Source: an uncultured Gemmatimonadales bacterium (lineage in GTDB: Bacteria > Gemmatimonadota > Gemmatimonadetes > Longimicrobiales > RSA9). From it: 64,000 nucleotides of DNA. Below, piece by piece: positions 30,699-41,089 of this stretch; the first letter of the stretch is position 1; every line of letters begins with the position of its first letter. A program made the position numbers and the translations under genes. The notes under the pieces are model-generated. The model was not told where the DNA came from and did no database searches. It saw only the letters and a list, made by a program, of their open reading frames with translations. The stretch is taken from contig CAWCRS010000007.1 of NCBI GenBank assembly GCA_963798085.1, positions 544,001-608,000 of the forward strand. The letters are read 5' to 3'.

Positions 30699-31331
30699 AT
30701 GCCCGCTGACGCCAGCGACACCGCGCGCATCGAAGCGTTCAGTGATGGCGTGTTCGCCATCGCCATCACGCTGCTGGTGCTGGACCTCAAGGTGCCGAAG
30801 GACACGACCACGTCCGCCGAGCTGGCGCGTGCGCTGGTGGCGCAGTGGCCGTCCTATTTCGCGTTCCTCACCAGCTTCGCCACCATCGGCATCATGTGGA
30901 TCAACCACCACCGGCTGTTCACGCTCATCCGGCGCTCCGATCACATCCTGAATCTGCTCAACATGCTGTTATTGCTGGGCGTGACCGTGACGCCGTTCCC
31001 CACTTCATTGCTGGCCGAGTACGTGGGACGCAATGGCGAGAAACTCGCCGCCTGGATCTACAGCGGCACCTTCGTGGTGATTTCCTTCCTCTTCAACCTG
31101 CTCTGGCACTACGCTGCCGCGGGGCGCCGCCTGATTGGCGAAGGGGTGCCGCCCGCGGAAGTGGAGGCGCAGAGCCGGCAGTACCTGGCGGGCCCGCTCT
31201 TCTATCTGATCGCCGCGGCGGTCGTACCCGTGAGCGTGCCGCTGTGCATTGCCGTCGCGCTCGGGCTGGCCGTCTTCTTCGGGCTGCCCTTCGGCCGGAA
31301 GGCGCGGGTCAGGCCTCGACGCGCAGCGTAG
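30699..31331 (+). CDS. TMEM175 family potassium channel
   Basis: RIEAFSDGVFAIAITLLVLDL signature, SF..IGIMWINHH, PFPT. Confidence 0.92.
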   Translation: MPADASDTARIEAFSDGVFAIAITLLVLDLKVPKDTTTSAELARALVAQWPSYFAFLTSFATIGIMWINHHRLFTLIRRSDHILNLLNMLLLLGVTVTPFPTSLLAEYVGRNGEKLAAWIYSGTFVVISFLFNLLWHYAAAGRRLIGEGVPPAEVEAQSRQYLAGPLFYLIAAAVVPVSVPLCIAVALGLAVFFGLPFGRKARVRPRRAA

Positions 31332-33712
31332 CCGCCGGGTCCATGCGGGCCGCGCGCCGCGCGGGGCGCCAGCTGGCCAGCAATGCAATGGCCGACAGCA
31401 GAGCAGCCGAGCTGATCAGCGCAAGCGGATCGCGCGGGCTGATGCCGAAGAGCATGCCGCGCAGCAGACTCGCCTGACTCAGCGCCAGCCCCAGCCCGAG
31501 CGCAGTACCCGTCAGCGCGATCAGCAGGCCCCGGCGCAACACCACCGCCACCACCGCGGACTCCGTCGCACCCACCGCCATGCGGATGCCGAATTCGCGC
31601 CGCCGCTCGGACACCGCACAGGAAACCACGCCGTACAAACCCACACCGGAGAGCACCGTGCCGATCGCGGCGAGCAGACCGAGCAGCAGCAGTGCGAAGC
31701 GAGACTCGGCACTGGATGCGTCCAGCAGCTGTCGTTCGGCAAGGATGTCCAGCGGCAGCAGAGCATCCACGTCGTGCACGACGCGCCGGATGGCGGCGCT
31801 TCCCGCCGCAGCGCCGCCACTGGAGCGCGCCACAAGGAACATCGTGCTGAAAGCCGTGGGCGCGTAGATCTCGGGCTGCCAGTCTTCACTCAGCGCACTG
31901 TACTTCGTGTTGCTCACGACACCCGCGATCTCGACATCATTGCCCATCAGATTGACGTGCTGCCCCAGCACATTCCCGGTGGCAAAGAAGCGGCGCGCGT
32001 ACTCGTCGTTGACAAAGGCGACCTGCATGCTGTCACCGATCCAGTCACCCGGCTGCGGGCCTCGCCCGCGCCGCACGGTGATGCCCATGGCATCGAGGTA
32101 GCCGATGCTGATCGCGCGCACGAATGCAAACGCGTTCTGTGCATCATCCGGGCGCCCGCTGATGGGCGTGCCGGTGGAGAAGTTGTTGAGTCCGTGCTGC
32201 GGCAGTGAACTGACGAAGCCCGCGCCCGTGATGCCGGGCGTCGCCATCAAGCCTTCGGTCACAGCGGCGATGAAGCGACGCTGCGCCGCGCCATCCGGAT
32301 ACCGCGTCGCGGGCAGATCGATCTGTGTCGCATACACGCCGTCCGCGCGGAATCCCGGGTCCACCGCCGAGAGCCGCAGGAAGCTGCGCAGCAGCAGCGC
32401 GGCGCCGGAAAGCACGGCCAGTGAAAGCGCCAGCTGCGCCACAGCGAAGGCGGCCTGAGCGCGCTGCTGCGAGCGGGTCTGCGACGCGCCGCGCGTGCTC
32501 CCGGCGAGTCCACCAGCCCCCCGCCGTGACGGCGCCAGACGCAAGGCGGGCACGACGCCGGCCAGCGCGGCGATGGTGAGGGCGAAGGCGAACGCGGCCA
32601 GCACCATGCGCGCATCCAGGGCAATGCCATCGAGGCGGGGCAGGCCCGCGGGCGCCACGCTGACGACCAGTCCCAGCCCCGCGGCCGCCAGTGCCAGCCC
32701 GGCCATGGCGCCCACCAGTCCCAGCACGAAGACCTCGAGCACGAGCGGCCGCAGGGCACCGATCGTCCCCGCGCCCATGGCGGCGCGCACTTCCATTTCG
32801 CGGGCGCGCGTCAGGCCGCGCACCAACACGAGATTAGCAAGGTTGGCGCAGCCGATGAGCAGCACCAGAGCGGCGGTCACGGCCAGCAGCACGAGCACGG
32901 GTCGCACTTCGCCGGTCACCTGCGCCTGCAGCGGCAGCGCCACGATACGCGAGGCTTTCGCCCAGTCCGGGAACTGCTCGCCGATACGCTGGCGCAGCGC
33001 GTCCAGCTCGGCGTTGGCCTGCGCCACGCTCACACCGGGCCGCAGCCTGGCCACGGCGCGGAAGGAACGGCTGCCCGGATTCGTGCCGGTAATGGGCCGT
33101 GCCGTCCAGATGTCGGGTGTGCGCGAACCGAACACGTAGTCATTGGGCGAACGGAAATCGGCGGGCATGACGCCGATCACCTCATAGGGAGTGCCGGATA
33201 ACAGGATATTTCGGCCGACCATGCCGGGATCGGCGCCCAGCCGCTGGCGCCACAGGCGATCGCTGATGACCACACGGCGGGCGCCGTTGGGCGCATCATC
33301 GCCCGCCTGGAAGGTGCGGCCCAGACGAGGGGAACGGCGCAGGGCATTGAAGTAGGCGGCAGTGGCGACGGCGCCCGACAGACGCGCCGGATCCCCCGAC
33401 CCGGTCAGCGTCGCCTCCCAGAATGTTGAAGATGGCCACGTCCTGCAGCGTGCGGCTCGACTCCATTACCTGGTTCAATGTGTACGCGCCGGCGACGGAA
33501 GCCGGACCTGTGGCCTCGAGCGAGCGCTCGCCGATGAAGAGCAGTGAGCCCGGATCCGGGTAGGGCAGGGGCCGCAGCAGCACGGCATCCACGGCACCGA
33601 AGATGGCCGCCGCCGCGCCGACGACGAGCGCGCACGTGAGCAGACACACCAGCGCGTAGACCGGCGAGCGAAGCAGCGAACGAAACGCCTGGCGGAACTC
33701 GCGAAACAGCAT
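31309..33712 (-). CDS. ADOP-type duplicated ABC permease; one apparent +1 frameshift near 33424
   Basis: N-terminal RSLLRSP..LLRPLPYPDP in ORF 33296-33712; removing one base joins FN-FWEATLTGSGDPARL...VVISDRLW to ORF 31309-33273. Confidence 0.88.
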
Positions 33713-34022
33713 GTTGCCTCCAGAGCTTCACGCGTAGTGGTATCGCGCCGTGCCGACGCGCGATCGTACAGGACGCGCAACCGTTGGACAACGGCGCCGG
33801 GGCCAGTCGTTGCGGGGCCCGGCCGGTCCGGGCGGGTGGCGGATGCGCACGGGCGTGGGACGCAGGCGTCCGGGTACGCGACAGCGATGGGCCGCAGGGG
33901 CCTCCCGCCGCAGCCGGGAGCGCCGCCGTAAGCGATACGCAGTACGCGGGTTGGACCGGCGGCCCGCAGCCCGGCACGAGGTTTCCAGCAGGCAGGCGGG
34001 GACCCGCGAACGGAGACGCACC

Positions 34023-36405
34023 ATGGATGAGCTGCTGCGCGATCTGCGGCACGCCGCGCGCACGCTGGCGCGCACGCCGGCCTTCACGCTCGCGGCCGTG
34101 GCCACGCTCGGCCTGGCCCTGGGCGCAAACAGCGCGATCTTCAGCCTGAGCCACGCCGTCCTCCTGCGCCGCCTGCCTTACGACCATCCCGAGCGGGTCT
34201 TCGCCATGAAGAACCCGCCCCTGGCCTTCAGTTCCGGAGGCTTCGTGCTGGGCCGCAATGTCAGGGAAAGCCCGCTGCTGGAGAGCGCAACACTCTATTA
34301 CACGGGCAGCGGTGCCAACCTCGAGCTTGCCGGCGCGAGTGCGCGGCGCGTGAATCTCGCGCAGGTGGACGTGTCCTTCCTGCGCACGCTCGGCGCGCAC
34401 CCGCTGCTGGGCCGCGATTTCACCGGCGGCGAGGGCGTGAGCGGAGGCAACCACGTGGTGCTCCTGAGCGAGCACGTGTGGCGCGAGCAGTTCAACGCGC
34501 GCGCCGGGATCGTCGGCGAGACCGTTCGCCTCAGCGGCATCGCGTACACGATCGCCGGTGTGATGCCCGCCAGCTTCGAGTTCCCCGTCGGTGCGGAGCT
34601 GTGGATTCCTCTGCCGACCACCTGGGAGTTCATGGGCGGCGCTGCCGCGCCCGACGCCATTGCCCGACTGCGACCGGGCATGAGCGCGGCCGCTGCGGAA
34701 CAGCAGATCCGCGCAGCCATGACGGCACGCCGGCCACGCGATCCCGGCGACCCGCAGCTGCAGCTGGTCAGCCTGCAGACGGACCTCACGCGCGCGCTGC
34801 GCCAGCCGCTGCTCGTGCTGCTGGCCGCCGTGCTGGCCGTGCTGCTGATCGGCTGCGTCAATCTCTCCGGCCTCATGCTGGCGCGCGTCAGTGCGCGCGG
34901 CCGCGAGTTCGCGGTGCGCGGCGCGCTGGGCGCGGGCCGCGCACGCATCATCCGGCAGCTGCTGGTGGAATCCATGCTGCTCGGAGGGGATGGGTCTGTT
35001 GGTAGCACTGCTGTTAGCGGCGTGGACGCTGGATGGCGTCGTCGCGCTGTTCCCGGCCGGCCTGCTGCCCACTGCGCGCGTGAGCCTGCAGGCGCCGGTC
35101 CTCGCCTGGAGCGCCGCCGCGACCTGCCTGGCCGCACTGCTCTTCGGCGCCGCGCCCGCACTGCACGCGGCGCGTGCCAGCCGGCGCCTGCCACGCGCGG
35201 AAGGCGTGGGCGCGGATCCCTCGCGCACACGGGCGAGAAGTGCTCTGCTCGTGCTCGAGGTGGCACTCAGTTTCGTGCTCGTCAGCGCGGCCGGACTGCT
35301 GGCGCGCAGCATGGCCCGCCTGCACGACGTGCCGCTGGGCTTCCACCCGGAGCAGGTGCTCACGCTCAGGCTGCGGCTTCCCGACACGCGATACGCAACC
35401 GGCGCGCAGCAGAACGCGTATGCGACGACACTGCTGGAACGCGTGCGCGCCATCCCTGGTGTGAACGCGGCAGCGGTCGCCAACGGACTGCCGCTGACAC
35501 ACGAGCTGGGTGTGGGCTTCACGGTCCTGCTGCCGGGTGAACCGGCAGCGCAGGATGGGCGCGCCGAACGTACAGCATCCTACCGCACGGCATCGGCCGA
35601 CTGGTTCGGTACCCTCGGCACCCGCGTCCTCGCCGGGCGCGCGTTCCGCGACAATGACGGCACGGCCGGCACCGTCTACATCGTCAACGAAGCACTCGCA
35701 CACTCGCTCTTCCCCGACGGCAATGCCGTGGGGCGCGAGATCGTGCTGCGCACGGGCGGCAAGCCGAGACCCGGCACGATCGTGGGCATGGTCGAGGGAC
35801 AGCGGTTCAACGACGTGGTCGACGCACCGCATCCGGAGATATGGGAGCCGTTCCGCCAGGCGCCTTCACCCTGGATTTCCCTCGCCGTGCGCACGAGTGG
35901 CCCGGCACGCGTTCCGGATGCCTTGCGCGCTGCCGTCGCTGCGGTGGACCCGGCCGTACCGCCCTGGCAGATGCGCGCGCTGAACGACATCGTCGACGCC
36001 TCGCTCGGTCCCCGCCGCGGCGTCAGCTTCGTCATGTCTCGCTTCGCCGGCCTCGCGCTGCTGCTCTCCGCCATCGGGCTGTACGGCCTCATCGCACAAT
36101 CCGTCGCCGAACGTCGCCGCGAGATCGGTGTGCGCATGGCCGTGGGCGCACGGCAGCAGAGCATCCTGCGCCTGATGCTGAGCCGTGGCGTGCGCCCGGC
36201 AGTCATCGGCATCGGCCTGGGCGTCATCCTGGCCGCGGCCGCCACCCGCGTGCTGCGAACACTGCTGTTCGACGTCGACCCGCTCGATCCACTGACCTTC
36301 GCACTCGTGGCCGCCACCCTGATCGGTGTGGCGCTGGCCGCCAGCCTGGCCCCGGCACTGCGCGCCGCGCGCACCGACCCGCTCGCCGCATTGCGCGAGT
36401 CGTGA
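34023..36405 (+). CDS. ADOP-type duplicated ABC permease; one apparent frameshift near 34989
   Basis: MDELLRDLRHAARTLARTPAF, GANSAIFS, LLIGCVNL; continues in next frame to PALRAARTDPLAALRES. Confidence 0.88.
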
Positions 36406-36442
36406 TTCCCCCGGACCAACCCCCAGAAGCAAGGAGTCCACA

Positions 36443-37039
36443 ATGTCGAAATTGCGTGTGCTGACAGCGCTGTTAATGGCGGGCGCGCTGCCCGGCGCGG
36501 TCCACGCCCAGCAGTACGCCGTCGACAAGGGCAGCATCCTGCTGGGCGGCAGCGCCAGCTACACGAGCAGCAGAACCAGGGTGGGCGCTGCAGAGCAGCA
36601 GGACCGCATCAACAACCTGGCCCTCTCGCCCCGGGCGCAACTCTTCGTGGCGCCCGGACTCGGCGTCGGCGCAGAAGTCGATTTCTCCCGCTCCTCCACC
36701 GCCGGACAGTCCGCCACAGCGATCGGCGGCGGCCCCATCGTCGGCTACTACTTCGGACGCGGACCTCGCCTCTGGCACCCCTTCCTCGAGGCCAGCGGTG
36801 CGGCGCTCCACCGCAGCCGGAACAATGGTCTGCTCGGCGACGAGGGCAATACCGAGTGGCAGTGGCGAGGCACGGCCGGTCTGCTCTTCCTGCTGTCGCA
36901 TGGCGTGGGCGTGAACACAGGCGTGTTCTACCAGGGCACACACACGCGCCAGGCGCAGTTCACGCCGCAGCGCACGGAGGTCAATGTCGACAGCAACACC
37001 TACGGCCTTGCCATCGGTATTTCCGCGTTTGTTTTCTGA
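36443..37039 (+). CDS. Small outer-membrane beta-barrel protein (OmpA-like 8-stranded)
   Basis: Signal peptide ending VHA-Q, alternating beta-strand pattern, C-terminal Phe (GISAFVF); AAGGAG RBS. Confidence 0.78.
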   Translation: MSKLRVLTALLMAGALPGAVHAQQYAVDKGSILLGGSASYTSSRTRVGAAEQQDRINNLALSPRAQLFVAPGLGVGAEVDFSRSSTAGQSATAIGGGPIVGYYFGRGPRLWHPFLEASGAALHRSRNNGLLGDEGNTEWQWRGTAGLLFLLSHGVGVNTGVFYQGTHTRQAQFTPQRTEVNVDSNTYGLAIGISAFVF

Positions 37040-37045
37040 TCGCGC

Positions 37046-37095
37046 TTGACAGCTGCCGGTGTCTCCGGCATCTTCCTGTCGGGTTTCGACAGGAA
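37046..37095 (+). promoter_or_regulatory. sigma70-like promoter and palindromic PadR operator candidate
   Basis: TTGACA (37046-37051)-17 bp-CATCTT (37069-37074) overlapping perfect palindrome TTCCTGTCG-N5-CGACAGGAA (37073-37095). Confidence 0.72.
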
Positions 37096-37107
37096 CGCCG
37101 GAGCACC

Positions 37108-37446
37108 ATGACCACGCCTCCCACGCCCAATGTACTGCGCGGCACCCTCGATCTGCTGGTGCTGCAGACACTGCTGGCGGGCGAAATGCACGGCTGGGGC
37201 ATCAGCCAGCTGATCCAGCAGCGCTCGCGCGGCGTGCTGGAAGTGAACCAGGGCTCGCTCTATCCGGCGCTGCAGCGGCTGGAGCAGAAGGGCTGGATCG
37301 AGAGCGAGTGGCAGGTGACGGAGAATCGTCGCCGTGCGCGCTACTACCGGTTGACGGCCGCGGGCCGGCGCGCGGTGGGCGAGGAGACGCGCTCGTGGCG
37401 CCGCTACGTGGCGGCGGTGGAATCCATCCTCGACCCGGCTCCCTGA
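37108..37446 (+). CDS. PadR family transcriptional regulator (Acidobacteria-type)
   Basis: LRGTLDLLVLQTL..MHGWGI..VNQGSLYPALQRLE..W..RRARYY. Confidence 0.93.
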   Translation: MTTPPTPNVLRGTLDLLVLQTLLAGEMHGWGISQLIQQRSRGVLEVNQGSLYPALQRLEQKGWIESEWQVTENRRRARYYRLTAAGRRAVGEETRSWRRYVAAVESILDPAP

Positions 37447-37583
37447 ATGTCTGGCCCGGGCCGGCGGTTCCCTGACACGTCGTTAGACGGCCGCGCGCGG
37501 CCGTGGGCGGTTCCTCCCTCCTCAGCTTCCGTCGATCGAGCGGTGTGCCGCGGCAAATTCGCGATCGGGCCGGGAGTCTCGCC

Positions 37584-40278
37584 ATGAGCTGGCGCAAGGC
37601 TGCGCGTTTCCGTCTGCGCGAGCTGCTGCGCGGGCGGGGCACGGACCGCGAGCTGGCGGAGGAGCTGCGCTTCCACCTGGAAATGGAAACCGAGAAGAAC
37701 CTGAGGCTGGGCATGAGTGGAGACGAGGCGAGGCGGCGGGCGGGGGTGGCGTTCGGCGGTGTCGAGCGCTACACGGAAGAACTGCGGGCCAATCGCAGCG
37801 GGCGCTGGCTGGCGGAATGCGTGGATGGATCTGCGACACGGGCTGCGCCAGCTGCGTGCGCATCCGGGCTTCACCATGTCAGCGGTGCTCACGCTGGGAC
37901 TCGCCATCGGCGCGAACACGGCGATCTTCGGTGCGCTGCGCGGTCTGCTGCTGCGTCGGCTGCCATGGCCGGATGCGGGTCGTCTCGCGTTCGTGCAGCT
38001 GACCTCGCCTCGCCTCAATGGCACGCGCGTCGACACCCTGACCAGCTGGTCGTATCCGAAGTACGAGGAGCTGCGGCGGCAGCAGGCCGCGTTCAGCGAG
38101 CTTGCCGGCTTTGGCATGCTGGCGCAGAACCTCACGAGCGGCGAAGAGGCGGAGCGCGTGAACGTGGAGCTGGCCACCGGCTCGTATTTCCCGCTGCTGG
38201 GCGTACGTACGGTGCTGGGTCGCACGTTCACACCCGCAGAATCCGCTATGCCGGGTGGCAACGCGGTGGTCGTCATCAGTCACAGTCTCTGGCAGCGGCG
38301 TTTTGGCGGGGCTGACAGCGTGTTGGGGCGCACGCTCGAGCTGAACCACACTCCGTTCAGCATCGTCGGCGTGGCCGCGCCCGGCTTCAGTGGCCTGAGT
38401 CAGGGTGCGGATGTCTGGGTACCGCTCACCATGGCGACGGCGCTCTACTATCCGGAGGCGTTGCAGGAGCGGGGCAATCACTGGTTCCGCGTGATTGCGC
38501 GGCTGCGGCCGGATGTGGACTGGAAGCGGGCGGTGGAGTCGACGGCACGCGCGGGGCAGGCGATCGCGCGCAGCAGTGACGCGGCGAACCCGGCCGGCAG
38601 TGCCGTGCTGGTACGGCTCGATGCGCAGCGCGTCAGCCCGCTGGTGCGACGCACGACGGTCGTATTGTTCAGCGCGGTGCTGCTGGTGCTGCTGGTGGCG
38701 TGCGCCAACATTGCGACGCTGCTGCACGCGCGCAATCTGGTGCGCCGGCGCGAGCTGGCGGTGCGCCTGGCGCTGGGCGCGGGGCCCGGTCGCATCCTGC
38801 GCCAGCTGGCGGTGGAGACACTGCTGCTGGCGCTGCTGGGCGGGGCGCTCGGTCTGCTGCTCGCCGCGGGTGGCGTCCAGGTCCTGTCCGCGTTCAGCCG
38901 CGCCGTCCTGCAGAGTGACCGCGGCTATCTCGTGGGCGCGGACGCCATCGGCATGGATGGCGGCGTGATAACATTCGGTTTGGGACTCACACTGCTCACC
39001 GCACTGGCGGCCGGTGTTACTCTGCTGCGCCGCGCGGCCCGACCCATGCTCAGCGATGCGCTGAGCGAGAACGCGGCCGGCAGCGGCGTCAGCCGGAGCG
39101 GTGTCACCAGTCGCATTTCACTGGTCGTTACGCAGGCGGCGTTCGCTGCCTTGCTGGTGGTGAGCGCGGTGCTGCTGCTGCGCTCTCTGGGGCGGCTCGC
39201 TTCCGTGGATACGGGATTCGATGCGACGCACGTGCTCACGCTGCGCGTCGCGCCATCCCGCAATGACTCCATGCCGGCGCCGGCGCTGTACCGTGATCTT
39301 ACGGCCAGGCTGGCGGCGCTGCCCGGTGTGAGCGCTGCGAGTGTCGACGCCTGCACACCGCTTTCCGGTCTTTGCAGCAGTACGGTGGCCACGCGCGCGG
39401 GCGCGCAGCAGTTCGCGGAGAACAGCCGGCCGGAGGTCGGCATTCACTTCGTCATGCCTGCGCATCTGTCGGTACTGGGCATACCGCTGCGGCGGGGGCG
39501 CATGTTCACGCCGGCGGACAACGCGGAAGGGCCGAGAGTCGTGGTGCTGAGCGAGACCGCGGCGCGCGTGCTGTTCGGGAACGAGGATCCCATTGGCCAG
39601 CCGTTGCAACTGGCCACCGCGTTCCTGCGCGATGGCGCCACGGCCGAGGTGATCGGCATTGTCGGCAATGTGCACTACGACGGCATCGAGCAGGCGCCGG
39701 GCGTGGTGGTGTACGCGCCCGCGCTGCAGTTCGTGTATCGCTCAATGTACGTGTTCCTGCGCACCACTGGCGAGCCGCTGGCGTGGGTGGCGGCCGTACG
39801 TGACGCCACGGCGGAGGTCGCGCCGGCGGTACCGCTGTTCGACGTGCGCACCATGGAGGATCGCGCGCGTGACGTGCTGGCGCGCGCGCGACTGCTGGCA
39901 CTGCTGCTCACCGTGTTCGCGGGGCTGGCGCTGACACTCGCGTCGGTGGGACAGTTCGGCGTGATGTCGTACATCGTGGGGCAGCGCGGCCGCGAGCTGG
40001 GCATCCGTCTGGCGCTCGGGGCTGAGCCGCTGGCGCTGGCCGCGCGCATCACGCGCCAGGGCATGGGCTGGGTCGCGGCGGGCACGGCCATGGGTCTGGT
40101 GCTCGCGCTGCTGTTGACCCGCCAGCTGGCCGACCTGCTCTACCAGGTCAGTCCCCGCGACCCGCTCACCTTTGCCGGCGTGGCCGTGCTGCTGCTGGTG
40201 GTGGGCGCGTGTGCTTCCCTGCTGCCTGCCCGCCGTGCCGCGCGCACCAGTCCGCTCGAGACCATGCGCGTTTCATAA
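37584..40278 (+). CDS. ADOP-type ABC permease with N-terminal permease-prefix domain; one apparent +1 frameshift near 37818
   Basis: DRELAEELRFHLEME...EARRRA..FGG prefix, then DLRHGLRQL..GANTAIF..LVACANIA..PARRAARTSPLETMR. Confidence 0.9.
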
Positions 40279-40473
40279 CAGCGCAGTTCGCAGCCGTCCG
40301 GCCCGGGATCGCCGTGCCGCCGGCCACCGGGGGCGGCGCTGTCGGAAACCCGCGGCCTGACGCGTTGGTATTGAGCGGGGTATAACGAATTTCAGGCGAC
40401 GACGCGGCTTCACGTTCGCGTCGCGCCGCCGGCTGCCGGCAGGGGCAGCAGCTCACGGCGAAGGCAGGACCAC

Positions 40474-40923
40474 TTGAAGCGGAACTCGAGAGAACAGCGC
40501 GCTCTTGCGCTTGTCGCATTGCTGGCCGTTTCTGCGTGCACGTCGCACTCGCCTGATCCGGCGTCGCCGGATGTGGGCGCGATCGTAGTCGCTGCGCGGC
40601 GCGGCGAAACGTTCGAGTTGCGACCGGGCCAGGCTGCGCGCGTGGGCAGTACCGGCCTCATCGTGGGCTTCCGCGGCATCATGGCCGACAGCCGCTGCGC
40701 GGTGGACGTGGTCTGCGTCTGGGAGGGCGATGCGGAAGCAAGCGTGCCTGTCGCCATGCAGGGTGGCGAGAGCGCGTCCCTCGTGCTGCACACGGCGGTC
40801 GACCCCGATCACGCCGCGTTCCATGGCTTCACCATCACACTCCTCGCGGTCACGCCCGAGAACCACGCCGGCCAGCGTATCGAGCCCGATCGCTATACCA
40901 TCAGGCTGCGCGTCGATGATTGA
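40474..40923 (+). CDS. Uncharacterised lipoprotein with DSRC-x5-CVW motif
   Basis: Lipobox-like AVSAC, DSRCAVDVVCVWEGDA; TTG start after AGGA. Confidence 0.75.
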   Translation: MKRNSREQRALALVALLAVSACTSHSPDPASPDVGAIVVAARRGETFELRPGQAARVGSTGLIVGFRGIMADSRCAVDVVCVWEGDAEASVPVAMQGGESASLVLHTAVDPDHAAFHGFTITLLAVTPENHAGQRIEPDRYTIRLRVDD

Positions 40924-41039
40924 TGGCCCGGCCGCGCACGACGGGTGAGACGCGGCGGTTGGTAGTCCGGTTCCGCACAATCCTGTAAGGCAGCGGACGC
41001 ATCCACCCCGGGGGTGTGCCGCGAACCGCCGTCATCGCC

Positions 41040-41066
41040 TAAAGAAATGCATGGCAAGGCCGAAAA
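41040..41066 (+). promoter_or_regulatory. sigma-28 (FliA)-type promoter
   Basis: TAAA (41040-41043)-15 bp-GCCGAAAA (41059-41066), against consensus TAAA-N15-GCCGATAA. Confidence 0.7.
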
Positions 41067-41089
41067 CGCCCCTAACAGGGGGCGTTATC

